In this document: piece by piece, positions 52,056 to 64,000 of the stretch
Layout of the letters: every line of letters starts with the position of its first letter
How positions within the stretch are numbered: the stretch's first letter is position 1
Source: Camelus dromedarius
Lineage: Eukaryota
Direction: 5' to 3'
Length of the DNA: 64,000 nucleotides
NCBI RefSeq assembly: GCF_036321535.1
Contig: NC_087437.1
Coordinates: forward strand, 79,052,001 to 79,116,000
Translations under genes and position numbers: made by a program
Notes under the pieces: model-generated
Databases searched by the model: none
Seen by the model: only the letters and a program-made list of their open reading frames with translations
What the model was told of the DNA's origin: nothing

Positions 52056-53991
52056 AAAAATAGACAAATAAATTAGATGAGGTGACAAACATTTAAAATA
52101 TGTGTTACCTGGGAGTATCATTAACTCTTAAATTTTTTAAAGTATTAATAACAAAGCTAGTGTCCATAAGCATTCATTCACATTGAATTAATTCTTTGCA
52201 AATAAAAAATAAAATGAATTAACTCTCTTCAAAAATGTTATTTAAATTGTTGTTACATTTCACATATTCTATAACGATGTTATATTGCTTGCATAATGAA
52301 AAATGTATTTTGAAATGTTTTTTAAAATATATGCTTTTTGTCAAAGACAGTTTCTTTTAGGTTAGAGTCTTCTGAACAATTCTCTAACTGCTATGATTTG
52401 AAAAATGTGTAAGTTGTTCTGTATGCTATGGCAACTTACTTGGGACTGCTTAATTTAGAATTTTTATTGCTCTTCATACATATGAAGTTTAAGATTAAAG
52501 AGGTAGGCATTTTCATTAATCAAAGAAACTTGTAATCTATACCTTTTCATTAGTCTACACGATTAATGTATAGATTATAGGTAATAATATTACCCTGGTT
52601 AAATGGCCTTAAATATAATGTAAAATTCATCTCTAGAAGTCCCTAAGTACTTACTTAGTTGACCTTTATTCCTTAAATATTTTGACTAGAAACTAACTAG
52701 AAAAAAAGACAATAGTAATGTTTGTGTATTTTGTGTGAGTGTGTAATTCATTTCCACATGTTCAAAAGCCAAATGCAACCCGATGGACTGAATAGGAATT
52801 GGTTGAATAACCACATTTTCTACTACCTCCAAACTTTTCTATGAAGTTCCCTTTTGGTGGGAAAATCCTTGTTGAGTAATAAATACAATTAATAAAATTA
52901 ATTAGAGATTATCTAATTCGGCTTCTTTTGAAGGCTAACTGTAGGCCTAAAAGATAAGATGATGTATATGACCCCAGTATTTTATAGCATGGTTCTGGAT
53001 CACAGAAATAATGAATGTGCTAATGACCATCTCCTTCCTTCTTATCAACCCTATTTATCAAAAGCATTAGGAAAAAAAGAAAGCCAGCATCTTCCAATAC
53101 CACTGCTGATAAATGAAAATTCTTTATTCTGATCCTTGTTTGCATATGCTCATAAATTAAGATAACATTTTTTTGAAATCTCCAAACATGCCATACTTTA
53201 TAGAATCTCAGAAATTAAGTTTGAAGATTTATTTATTTACTTACTTATTAAGAGAGACCTGGCAATGGAAGCAGATATTCTTATAATACAAAGCTTTTAC
53301 ATGCCTATATTTTTTTTTCAGTTACTTTGGCAGCTTATATGCGATTTCCATGTCTGCTCTTTATTATGCATGAGGAAATATGAATTCTATCAAGGCTGAA
53401 CTATGTGGTTGTCTCCTCACCTCAACTTATTGGTTGAATTATAAGGGACGTAGCTGTAATTTGCATGTAAGTTTTACAACTGTAACATTGCTAGGTTTGG
53501 GTTTCCATTAATGATCTCCTGAATTTAGATCTGTCTCTTTCATACTTTCTCAAGTGATGAAAAAATCAAATAGAGTGTGCACAGAAGCAGGCATTAGTGA
53601 AGCTAGTAGATATCTTTAACTCTTGCCTGAAGAAATAGTCTGTCATGTTGGAAAGAAACATAAAAGTTGATTTTTAAAGTGTATATCAATGAAATCTGCC
53701 TAATATTTAAATATGAAATAATAGTAACTGAACAAAATGAATTCATATATTGCTTTTTGCCCTTATTAGAAGTAAATGATTGAAAACCTCAGTGTCTTTA
53801 TAATCTCCATTCATAATGAGATCATCTTGACCAATTAATACATTTAAACATTAGCTTTGTGTTACTTCATTCTTGTAATTCTTCTTTCTCTTTTTCTTTT
53901 TTTTTTTAGATTTAAAAATCTATAGCACCTTCATTTCTGATAAATTATTTGCTTCTGTTTTGATTATGCTATCTTCCTTTCCTCTCTCCCT

Positions 53992-54125
53992 TTCAGTAAC
54001 AAATATTTGTAGAATGTTGTTATATGTCAGGTACTCTGATAGGCTCTTTGGAAGCAGTGACTAAGATACAGCCCTTACTATCAAGAAGTCAACCACTGAA
54101 AGCCTAGGGAAGGAGTAGACAAACA
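53992..54125 (-). mobile_element. LINE-2 3' end
   Basis: aacaaatatttgtagaatgttgttatatgtcaggtactctgataggctct. Confidence 0.7.
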
Positions 54126-54353
54126 GCAGTCATCTTTCTAGTTCTAGTTGTCATAACACACACACACACACATACACAAAGGCACAGAGGGGAAATCTAT
54201 TTGGGGGATGGAGGTTCTAATTCAAGAAAGTGACATAAAATTACAAACACAGAATTAAGTACAGAGCCTTGAAAAGATGTGAGCACATGGTAGCCCTGAA
54301 GCTTGACTTTTTTTAGCTTTCAGTTCAATCCACCTCTACTTGTATCAGCCAAA

Positions 54354-54411
54354 GTGAGTGAGTGAGTGAGTGTGTGTGTGTGTGTGTATGTGTGTGTGTC
54401 TGTCTGTCTGT
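54354..54411. repeat. Compound (GTGA)n(GT)n(CTGT)n microsatellite
   Basis: Directly visible. Confidence 0.9.
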
Positions 54412-54677
54412 ATTGCTAAATCCAGGTCTTCTTAGGAGAAACAACAGTGATAATAGTGTTGAAATTCTCTAAGATGTGATATGATATGTTGTATGAGCTC
54501 TAGGGAAATAAAAGCTATATTGTTGTACATTAAATATGGCACCTGAGCAGATAGTTCTAGAGCTAAGTACTCAACCTTAATTTCGTTCTTTCAGCTCCTT
54601 TCAGCTAATAATTTAAAGAAAAATGTGCTTAATATTATAGCCTCTCCTATGCTTACCCAAAGCACTTGGCATCCCCT

Positions 54678-55049
54678 TATGTATGTCTTAAAGCTACTAT
54701 ATCAAAGTACTACTGACTTGTTAGCTTACATAACAGGAATCCGTTTTCCTACAATTCTGGAGGTAGAAGTCTGAGATCAAGGTGACTGCAGGTTTCCTCT
54801 GAGTCCTCTCTCATCAACTCATAGATGAGCATCTTCTTATGTCTTCACATGATGTTCCTTCTGTCATCTGGATCCTAATTTCTTCTTCTTATAAGGACAT
54901 GAGTCATATGGATTACAGCCCAACCTAAGACCTCATTTTAACTTAATTACTTCTTTAAAAATCTTACCTCTAAGTACAGTCTCATTCTGAAGCACTGGAA
55001 GCTAGGAATTAAACATGAGTTGTGGAGGGATGTAACTCAGCTCATAATA
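54678..55049 (-). mobile_element. MaLR LTR (MLT1B-like)
   Basis: ttctggaggtagaagtctgagatcaaggtg...ttcttataaggaca...gacctcattttaacttaattac. Confidence 0.88.
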
Positions 55050-56189
55050 TTATGCTATAATAGGAACTGTTTCCTGCAAAACATCCTTCTCATACCAGAC
55101 ACAAGACCAGAATCCTGCTTGTTATCCCAAACTTCACCCATAATTAATTTCAGCTTTTTTGAGACCCTGAAATCTATTAAGCAGCAATAGGTTTTACAGG
55201 AAAAGAATCAATAAACGAATCCCTCCAACTGTATCAACCTAGCGAAGATTCTTAGGAAGCAGTGCCAATGACCAGAACCTCAACAGCTCTAAGATAGTTG
55301 GTAGGAAACACTATTTGTCTAGAGGCAAGCTATAGCTACGAAAATCCCACTATGTAGGACACAATTTTCATCACTAAGAATAAAAGGACATCTCTTCTCT
55401 CATTAAAGTAAAGAAGTCACCAATCTGATACGATGCCTAGATAAGCAAATAAATAAAAATTCTGGCTAATAAACATGGAAGACTATTAGATATCATAAAT
55501 ATTTATACAGTATACCTTCTTTGTGCCCGTCTCTATAATTATTTCAGTTTAAATGCTGCATTTCCAGCTGCCCTTTCCATAATAAGGTGGAAGACAAATG
55601 CCCTTTAAGAATAATAGTAAGGCTTAATTACAAGTTATGCAACATGCTGCCAGGTGAAGTCACAATACTCATCCATCTGTCTTCTCATTAGTGACATAGG
55701 GATGAAATTATCGATATTCTTGAAAGGGGTGTTATGATAGCATCCTCACAATCATGCCTAAAATATTTCTGTCTATGCAAAATATCTTTATGAACATAAA
55801 TTTTAACACTATATTACATGGCTATAAATTGGAAAAGTCTAAAAGTCTACATACATATGTATACAGCTGCATATATAGGTATGTTTTCCAGATATCATCC
55901 TATAACACAGGAAAACATTCTGATTGAATGCTTTTTTTTTTTTTTTTTGTATACTGTGGTGCAATGGGTAACTCAGCCATCATTCCATTCTCTTGTAAAG
56001 AGTAAATTAGATTCTATCTATTAAATGGTTATATCTATAAATTTGCCTGGAATTTGAAAGGTAGAGGTAAATGAAAAGAAGAAGCCATCTACTTGCTCTT
56101 TGGAATTTTTTTTCTTTTTTTTTTTTTTTTTTTTTTTTTTGGTTTTGCCTTCTTGTAAGAAACATTTTGTTAACATGAAGATTCTCTGC

Positions 56190-56500
56190 AACTACATTCC
56201 AGTGTCAGAATATTCTTCAGGTTTCTGGGTTTCAAGAGATAGGTACAATAGTAGCAATGGCTTTTCAATTTCTAAGTTCTGGATTGCAGTTGTTAGCACG
56301 GAGTTTTCGCTACAATTCAAATTCTAGTGGTCAGAGTTGCTTCGCTGGTATATCAGTTCTGGAAGACATTCATGGAGTTTGAGACTATGGCCCTCTTCCT
56401 CTAATCTTTCCAATAATTTTGTACTTACTAGCCAAAGTCCCGAATTCCCTGCCTGATAAATTTATTCCTGCCATGCAGTGTTTTAATTATTTTTGTTATC
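56190..56500 (+). mobile_element. Degenerate ERVL-class LTR fragment
   Basis: cagttctggaagacattcatggag...ttccaataattttgta...aattccctgcctgataaa resembles old ERVL LTR 3' halves; lies just 5' of an ERVL internal fragment. Confidence 0.4.
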
Positions 56501-56559
56501 TTTAATTTTTTATGCTATGTTGATCCCACATTTCCTGAGGGCTAATCTCTGCCACTTCT

Positions 56560-57740
56560 CATTTCCTTTAGATAAGTAAGTAGACGCAGATTCATGTGCT
56601 TTAAAGATACAGGTAGAAAATCTTACCCGGGAGGTAAAAGCTTACACAGCAAAATAATTCTAAAATATTGCTAATTTATACAGGAAGTAACCTGATAACT
56701 GTGTACAAAAATAATTTTAATAGTGCTAGAATAAGTAAAAATAAATTCAACTTTAAATTAAGCCAAATGCATTAGTATGAGTACACTTAACCACAGATTC
56801 TGGGAGAGATTCTAACATCGCTCAGCTCTTTGGCAAGAAATCTGCACCCAGTGGTGTGCTACACTAAATGAAGTAGAGATTTGAGAAATTCAATTGTATA
56901 ATGAAAAAGCATCCAAGGGCAGACTGTGAGCCTTGTTGAAGGCATTTGTCATGTGCTCATATATTTGTTAAAAATATCACCAAGAAAATCCAAAAGACTC
57001 CCTTCAGTGAGACTTGGTTGCTATAGCTGTCCTCTGCATGTTGGAAACAAAAATCTGAACATTACTATTGAAACGGGATAGATGATTACAAAGCAGTTTA
57101 TGTAATCCCAGAATAACAGAGGACAAGTTTTAGCACTTAACCATCAGATACTGAGTCTGATTGTCATAATGGGTATCAGGGGGACAGTGGTGAATATACT
57201 GCTTTTATATGCCATCATTTTTGCCCATACCAAATTGATTATGTTTTTATTGGGATTATAATAAATGATAAGCCTACTAAGGGAATCTTGATTATAAAAC
57301 TTAAAAATAGTTAAATTTACTTTTGAACAGAGTCCATTATAATGGGTAATCATGGACTTTGGTCTAATTATTAGATCTGAATCATTTCGCAGAACTTGGC
57401 CCCCGGAATGATGGGGGGAATCTGGATATCTTGAAAAAGGACACTTTTTAAATTATTGTAAATATATTCTTTAATTTTTCCACCCAGAATACCCTAAATT
57501 GATTAGAGTACGTTTACAAATATGAATGTGTACTGATGAAAGAATAAACAACTGGACACTGATTCTGAGCAATGCTAATTCCCAGGCATCAGAATACAAC
57601 TATAAAAAACGGACAGAGGAATGACTTATGGAAGCCAGGTGATAGTAATTTGGGCAAATTAAGATAATAAATATGTTTGTATCTGAGCTTTACTTTGACT
57701 AGAGATCACATCTCCCTGATTCTTAGTGTGCTTCATAACT
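56560..57740 (+). mobile_element. ERVL (class III) internal gag-protease remnant
   Basis: ctacactaaatgaagtagagat, gcatccaaggg and agaggacaagttttagcacttaaccatcaga resemble ERVL gag. ctggacactgattctgag (LDTDSE, ~57552) resembles the protease LDTGSE motif. Confidence 0.7.
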
Positions 57741-57789
57741 TTTGATCATATTTCAGGTATCATTATACTTTAAAGGGCTGTACAAGCTA

Positions 57790-57876
57790 ATATACACATA
57801 CATGTAAACACTATATATACACATACACACATATATGTAGGTACACACGTGTATATATGTGTGTACACACATGTAT
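57790..57876. repeat. (TA/CA/TG)n alternating purine-pyrimidine microsatellite
   Basis: Directly visible; CA-rich half followed by a TG-rich half. Confidence 0.85.
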
Positions 57877-57923
57877 TAATTTTCTTCCCTCTTTCACTCT
57901 GTCTCTCTTCTTCCCTCTTTCTT

Positions 57924-58678
57924 TGTTAGAAGAATCAACATTCTTTCCTCTAAGAAGCTAGAATGAGGGACTGACCATGGTGACTGAATCAGGATTTGAG
58001 CTTGTTTAAGGCTGGGTGGCAGTTGAAGCAGAGCTTTAGTATACAAGCAACAGGAAATCAGAGGAAATGCTCTTTGAATTTCAGCTCAGTCCCCAACTTC
58101 TATCTCTACTGGATTATTATCTTTGATTGTATCAAAGGGTAAATTGGATTTGGTTTTCACTGCAACTTTAGACAGCTTACCTCACTTTTCAAAGGCATTT
58201 AAAGATGAGTTCAGGCCTTTTCCTCCAGAAGAGCCATTTAACTAAACAGTGTAAAACTAATTAATTGACCTTAAAACAGTGAAACTACAAATTGGTTGGA
58301 CTTTGAAACTGTGAGAACACAAGGATGTTAGATTTAGAATCTGCTAGACTTCAAGAATATGAGATCTTGGGAATTCAAGACTGAGAAATCAGGGACTGTG
58401 CAACCTCAAGACTGATAATGTAGAAGTGCAGATTAAAAGATATTAGGTGGCCTGTGAGACTGCAGTACCATGTGAGACCTACAGATTGTTGGATATTGGT
58501 GGTGCAAGACACTGAGATGCAGATTCAGAAGACTGAGGGACGATGAGATCACATAACTCATCCCCACTGTGCAGCCCTGTCCTCAGTCTGCTTTCTCAAT
58601 AAAATCCGCATGTAAAAGAATTACCTGCCAGAGAGCTTAGTCTCTGCTTTGGGTGTTATTGTAGATTCAAATGCAACA
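57924..58678 (+). mobile_element. Candidate ancient LTR (family unassigned)
   Basis: TGTT...AACA ends, AATAAA at 58598-58603 about 75 nt from the end, and internal degenerate GAGA/AGACT repeats. No TSD seen. Confidence 0.45.
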
Positions 58679-59309
58679 CACCTACAACTGATTTGTTGAA
58701 AGATTGGCTGGTGTTTTCTAATCTCTGAACAAAGAGTATCCTTCTATGGTGGGCTTGCTCCTCTGCCTGCCCAACACCAAACACTATCATCCAGCCCCAA
58801 GTATAAAAGCCTCGACATTTCTTGCGCACCTAGGAATTGCTCATTGCTATGGAATTAAGTTATTTTAGGTTTCTTCATGTCCATAGGTCTCTAATGGTTT
58901 TATGATTTAAAAAAAAATTATCTAGTTTCTTATTTTGGTGGTTTGAAGATTTTCTTGTCACTTATTTCCAAATGAAACAGACCTGTATGTTTTAACATTT
59001 GATAGTTTTGTTAATCAGGGTTCTCCAGTGGTTTTTTGTTTTGTTTTGTTTTTGGTTTTGCTTTCTTACTATTGTCCTTTTATCTTTCCTGGAAAAGGAT
59101 AGCTTTATTAAGAAATGACTACCATATGACAAGAACAATCTTTATCATTTTAAAATATCATATACCTTGGGAATATTAATAAGTTTTAAATAAATGTATC
59201 AGTATGTCAATAAGTGAAGTGCTGTCTTCTTCCTACTGTCCCTATAAGGGGACACTTAAGGACAGAGATCAGGAAAACTTTCTTACTTACAGTAAACAGC
59301 AGCAATTTT

Positions 59310-59540
59310 GACAGTGGACCTGAAAATCTGATGTCCTGGGTTCAAATTCTAAAACCACAGCTGACTGTTTTGTAATTGTGACGAATCAAACTAACCTCTC
59401 TACTTTCTAATATTTAGATTCTTTATCTGCAAATTATACATAATGATATCTTGAAACATGTGGAATAGAATGATTTAGTGCAGGCAAAGCACTTAAATCT
59501 GTGCCAGAAGGAAAATTCTCAGTAAGTGTCAAGTATAATT
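59310..59540 (+). mobile_element. MIR SINE
   Basis: cctgggttcaaattct...taacctctct...tttatctgcaaa...aaagcactta. Confidence 0.75.
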
Positions 59541-59841
59541 ATCTTTAAAAACAATCAAAACAAACAAACAAATTTCTTCTTTTATAAATGGGCTATACCT
59601 TAACTGCTATGCCTTATATTCAGCAGATTTTCCTTTCAATTCATTTTATTTATTTTCTCCAGAGTGATACTTCTAAATGAAAAGTTTTTATGTCATTCTT
59701 CTGTTTATCACTGTTTTTTGATCCCTTTGCCTTTAAGATAAAATAGATGTTTTCCTGAATGTTTTCTGTAAATATTTTTAAACTTAATTCCAAATATCTA
59801 CAGATATTTTCTAATCTTCATAACTTATAAAGAGTAACAAT

Positions 59842-60213
59842 GTTACACTCAGTGAAATAAGTCAGAGACAAATACTGTATGTTTTCACTTATATGTGGAA
59901 TCTAAAAAATAAAACAAACAAATAAATATAACAAAACAAAACAAACAAAAAGACTCAAATACAGAGAACAAACAAGTGGTTACCAGAGTGGAGGTGGGGG
60001 AGGGGAGGAGCAGGATATGTGAAGGGGGTTAAGAGGCACAAACTACTAGGTATAAAATGAATGTTACAAGGAAGTAGTGTACAGCACAGGGGATATTGTA
60101 ATATTTTATAATAACTTTATATGGAATATAATCTATAAAAACATCAAATAACTATGTTATATAACTGAAAATAATATAATATTATAAGTCAACTATATTT
60201 CAATTTAAAAATT
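59842..60213 (+). mobile_element. Short 5'-truncated LINE-1 3' end
   Basis: agtgaaataagtcagagacaaatactgtatg...cacttatatgtggaatctaaaaa...aagtcaactatatttcaat; TSD AAGAGTAACAAT (59830-59841) / AAGAGTAAAAAT (60214-60225). Confidence 0.95.
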
Positions 60214-60569
60214 AAGAGTAAAAATTAAAAAGAAAGAAAAATAATGTGATAGAAAAATATAAACTAAAGTATTTTCTCTTTTAAAACCAAATTCCATGAT
60301 ATGCTTCCTTCAAATAGTATGTTATTGAGCCTTAAAAATAGTTTTCAATTTGTAATGTGGTGATCTAGATGTCATTTCCTGTCAAATAGTTGTGCGACCT
60401 CAAATTATCTCTGTTGTCCTCTGACTTAAGTTTCTTCAACTATCCATGAAGAAATATTTTAGTATGGCCACTAAGGTCCCATTTATGTTTTTGAATACCT
60501 CTAAAATAAATAACACTTTCTCACTCTGGCCAATTTTAGAAAGTATAATTGGATTCCTCTTATTTCATT

Positions 60570-62088
60570 TTCTTGTCTTTTTCTTTGTGGTGCTGGTTGT
60601 AACTTTTCCTTTTTCATTTTGGATTTTACTGATTTGGGTCTTCTTTTTTTTTTTTCCCTTGATAAGTCTGGATAAGTATTTATTAATTTTGTTTATCTTT
60701 TCGATGAACCATCTCTTGGTTTCATCATTCTTTTTTATATTTTTTTAGTCTTTATTTCTTTTATTTCACTCTGATCTTTATTATTTTTTTCCTTCCACTA
60801 ACTTTGGGCTTTGTTTTTTTTTTTTCTAGTTCCTTTAGTCATAATGTTAGGTTGTTTCTTTGATGTTTTCTTGGTTTCTCAGATAGGCTTGTATTGCTAT
60901 AAACTTCTCTCTTATAACTGCTTTTGCTGCATCCCATAGATGTTTGATCATTGTGTTTTCATTCTTGTTTGTCTCTAGGTAATTTTTGATTCTTCACTGA
61001 CCTGTTGGTTGTTTAGTAGACTATTCTTTAGCCTCCATGTGCTTGTGGTTTTTGCACAGGAGCTAGTGTCAGCCTACTAGTAAGTGGAAATTGGTCCTGC
61101 CTTGGCTGGCTGTGAGGACACTGAGGGTCCTGGAACTAGATCAGGACCATTGGTGGGCAGAACTAGGTCCCAGAATCTCTAGCTGCAGGACTCTGGGGTC
61201 CCAGAATTGGTGTCAGTCTGATGTTTGGCAGGACTGAGTCATGGAACCCCTGGCAAATGGAGCAGGGTCCTGGGCCCTCTGGTTGATGGGGCTGGTCCAA
61301 ACAGTGCCTGGGAGACTAAGGGAAGCCAAAGGCTGCTGCCAGCCTGCTTGTTGGTAAAGCTGTGTCATCACACAGCTAGCTTCTTGGCCTGAGGGCCACT
61401 GATACTGACTGAATGGTTGGTAGATCCAGGTCCTTGTGCTAATAAACTAGAAGGAAGACCCCAAAATTGTGCTTAACAGCACCAGTGTCCTTGGAAGAAT
61501 GGTAGAATGAGCTCCCCAAATTGTCAGCCATCAGTGTCTATGTCCCAGGTGAGTCCCAGTTGCCTCCTCCCTCTCTAGGAGGCTCTTCAAGATCAGCAAG
61601 TGAGTCTGACTTAGGCTGTGTTCAAATTACTACTTCCCTCCTGAGTCTGGGAGTGTGTGAGATTTTGTGTGTGCCCTTTTAGAGTGGAGTCTCTATTTCC
61701 CACAGCCCTCTGGGTCATCTAAAAGGAAGACACCTCTGGTCTTCAAAGCCAAATGTTCTAGGAGCTCATCTTTCCAGTGAGGGACCCCTTGGCAGGGGAG
61801 CCTGAGGTGAGGCTTAGACCCCTCTTTCCTTCAGGAGAACCTCTGCAATTGTGATTATCCTCCCATTTGTGGGTGGCCTTTCTGAGGGTGTGGGTCTTGA
61901 CTATACTGTGTATCTGCACCTCTTACCCATTTCTTTGTAGCTCCTTCTTTATATTTTTAGTTGTAGAAGATCTTCTCTGCTAGTCTTCAGGTCATTCTCA
62001 TTGATAATTTCTCTGTGAACTGTTAGCATTTTGGTATGTCCGTGGGATGAGGTGAGCACAAGGTCTTCCCACTCTGCCATCTTGGCCA
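60570..62088 (-). mobile_element. LINE-1 with 5'UTR fused directly to an ORF2 fragment (ORF1 deleted)
   Basis: 60570-61055 is antisense ORF2 (ttgctataaacttctctctta...ctgcttttgctgcatcccatag). 61056-62088 is a GC-richer 5'UTR ending in the YY1 site gccatctt (62076-62083). Confidence 0.9.
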
Positions 62089-63039
62089 CACTTCTCAATT
62101 CTGAATGAAGTTAAAGATGGACAGGCCTACCCATAAAAACTCATCTGGCCACAGAGAGAATCTCAGATTCTGTAGGCCAGGACAGTCTGGCTGAACCCCC
62201 AGCTGCTGCACCCACTAGGAAATATCCTAGTGATGCCTGATGCCAGCAGTTGAGGCCCTCTATTTTTTAATCTATTTTTCTTTCTTTATATTTGTCCAAA
62301 CTTTGGTTCCCTTGTATGCACAAATGCCAGAGAAAGAATCTGTTGACTATGATTGTATTTGTCTACCTTGAGACCTTTGTCTTTTTAGAATTATATTTTA
62401 CCTATATATGATTTACCAGATATAATGCATCCCATTGCTTAGTTACCACTAGAAACTCAAAGATCTACTAATGGTACAAACTTACAAATATTCTACAGTC
62501 CAAATTCTTAACAAGAGATAGTTATATAAAATAAATAAAGAACATTAAAAGCCATTAGGTGTAAATTTTTTAAGGAACATTTTATCTCTTTGGTAAAGAT
62601 CATTAAACATCATAAAGAATACATTTTAATTAGCCATCGTAGGTGTGTTTCAGAAAGACACAAGTAATTTATGAATCCATAAAACTGTTCCAAGAACAAA
62701 ATCTGATAGTGCCGGACTAAAGTAACATATCACTTGCATAAAAAATATAAAGTATGAACCAACAATGGGATAGGAAGAACATCTATGATCACCTTTTTAA
62801 GAACATCTGCATTTAAGAAGCAGATCTGAAACTAATTCCCTTTACATTTCCATAGGTTCTCCCATCTTCAGTATATAGTGATTCTGAAAGCTGAGAATCT
62901 AATGTGAATGGTGATTGGCAAGATGTAGTTAAATATGGAGCTTCATATTCCTCATCCACCATCACATTTTGTCGTTATCATAATACATAGCAGTTTGTAT
63001 TTGTATATCACTTAGTGATTACTGGATTAATTTCTCTTT

Positions 63040-63162
63040 TCTTCTAGAAATTGGGCCATATCTCTTTGCTCTGCACTGACTCTTTCATGGCTAACATATT
63101 GTCACATATACAAAAAACTGTTCAACAAAATTTTTTGAATAAAAAAATGAATGAATGAATTT
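63040..63162 (+). mobile_element. LINE-2 3' end
   Basis: tcaacaaaattttttgaataaaaaaatgaatgaatgaat matches an L2-type tail. Confidence 0.55.
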
Positions 63163-64000
63163 ATGCTTTGAAACATTATACTTGACAAATTCCAAAACAG
63201 CATTAGGTGGTAGAAATCTGTTTTTAATATGTAGTTAGGACTTTTAAAGAAATATTTTTGATTAGTATGCATCTTAAGTAACAAATTTTGAATTGTTGAA
63301 GTAATGAAAAACATGCTTGAGATGTTGGAGAATTAACACAAAATAAACAAGGATGTGTTATTACTAATGGCAACTTTAATAGATACAGAGAATAAGAATA
63401 ATGAGTGGTTATGCACCTGGGCTTTGAGGCCAACATAATTTCAATGACTAAATATGTTATACCTTAGACTAACAGATTCAAAATCAACATTTCCTTATAA
63501 ATTATAGCTTTGTGGAATGAAACTGTCTATATCTGCTGGAGGCAGCATCTTTTTCTAACTTATCAAGTATCTGCAACTCCTAGTAAAAAAAAAAAAAAAA
63601 GGAAGGCTTGGCTCAAAGTCTCAGCATACTGTGGGCATAATTTCTGAATCTGTCCATTAAACAAATCTAGAGCAAGAGATATGTCATTCTTGTTCTTGAT
63701 AAGAAGCAGATGTTCAGAACAGCTTGTGTCCAATTATGATACAAATATTTAAAATCTGTGTTGAAATACAGTCTTCAGTCTTTGTAATCAGGCAAAAATG
63801 AGTGTGCTTTTGCATAAGATTAATTTTAACAATGCTTTAACGGATAGCACAAGGTCCAATGAATGAAGTCAGTGCTGACAGGTGACATAAAATCCAAAGA
63901 TGAACTATCCTCCTATACTCCACAGTGAGGGTTTAGTGGTTGCATTTCATTCATGCTTCTCCTTAATATCACTTAAGCACAATGACCACATCAACCACAT

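Noticed and set aside
61056..62090. Host gene promoter or CpG island
   Set aside because: The GC richness is explained by an L1 5'UTR, and CpGs are almost entirely decayed.
117..63436. ORFs of 60-124 aa in the supplied track as host genes
   Set aside because: The recognisable ones are L1 ORF1/ORF2 or Tigger1 remnants. The rest are low-complexity, lie inside LTRs or microsatellites, often lack ATG starts, and resemble no protein family I know.

Overview
AT-rich, CpG-poor mammalian DNA with no CpG island, no promoter I can support and no intact long protein-coding ORF. A Vic-1-type tRNA-derived SINE and the 3' end of a young L1 point to a camelid (alpaca/llama/camel). Much of the window is fossil transposons: L1, L2, MIR, MaLR/ERVL/ERV1 LTRs, an ERVL internal fragment, Tigger1, MER82, MER3, MER45A and MER58A. 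The listed ORFs are transposon remnants or chance. L1s and most LTRs lie on the minus strand, suggesting an intron of a large gene transcribed on +. The best non-repeat signal is a candidate 21-nt frame-preserving microexon (23067-23087, NSLTQYK). It has strong splice sites, a ~90-nt AG-free zone and downstream RBFOX motifs, and it sits in a ~5 kb block with no recognisable repeats that also holds a second small-exon candidate (25627-25658). Other notable items are a polyadenylated, apparently non-coding retrocopy of unknown source split by an L1, and a Tigger1 whose left-TIR start appears abutted to its right TIR. I could not name the host gene. Repeat subfamily names come from recalled consensus sequences, not a search, and boundaries without a stated TSD are approximate.
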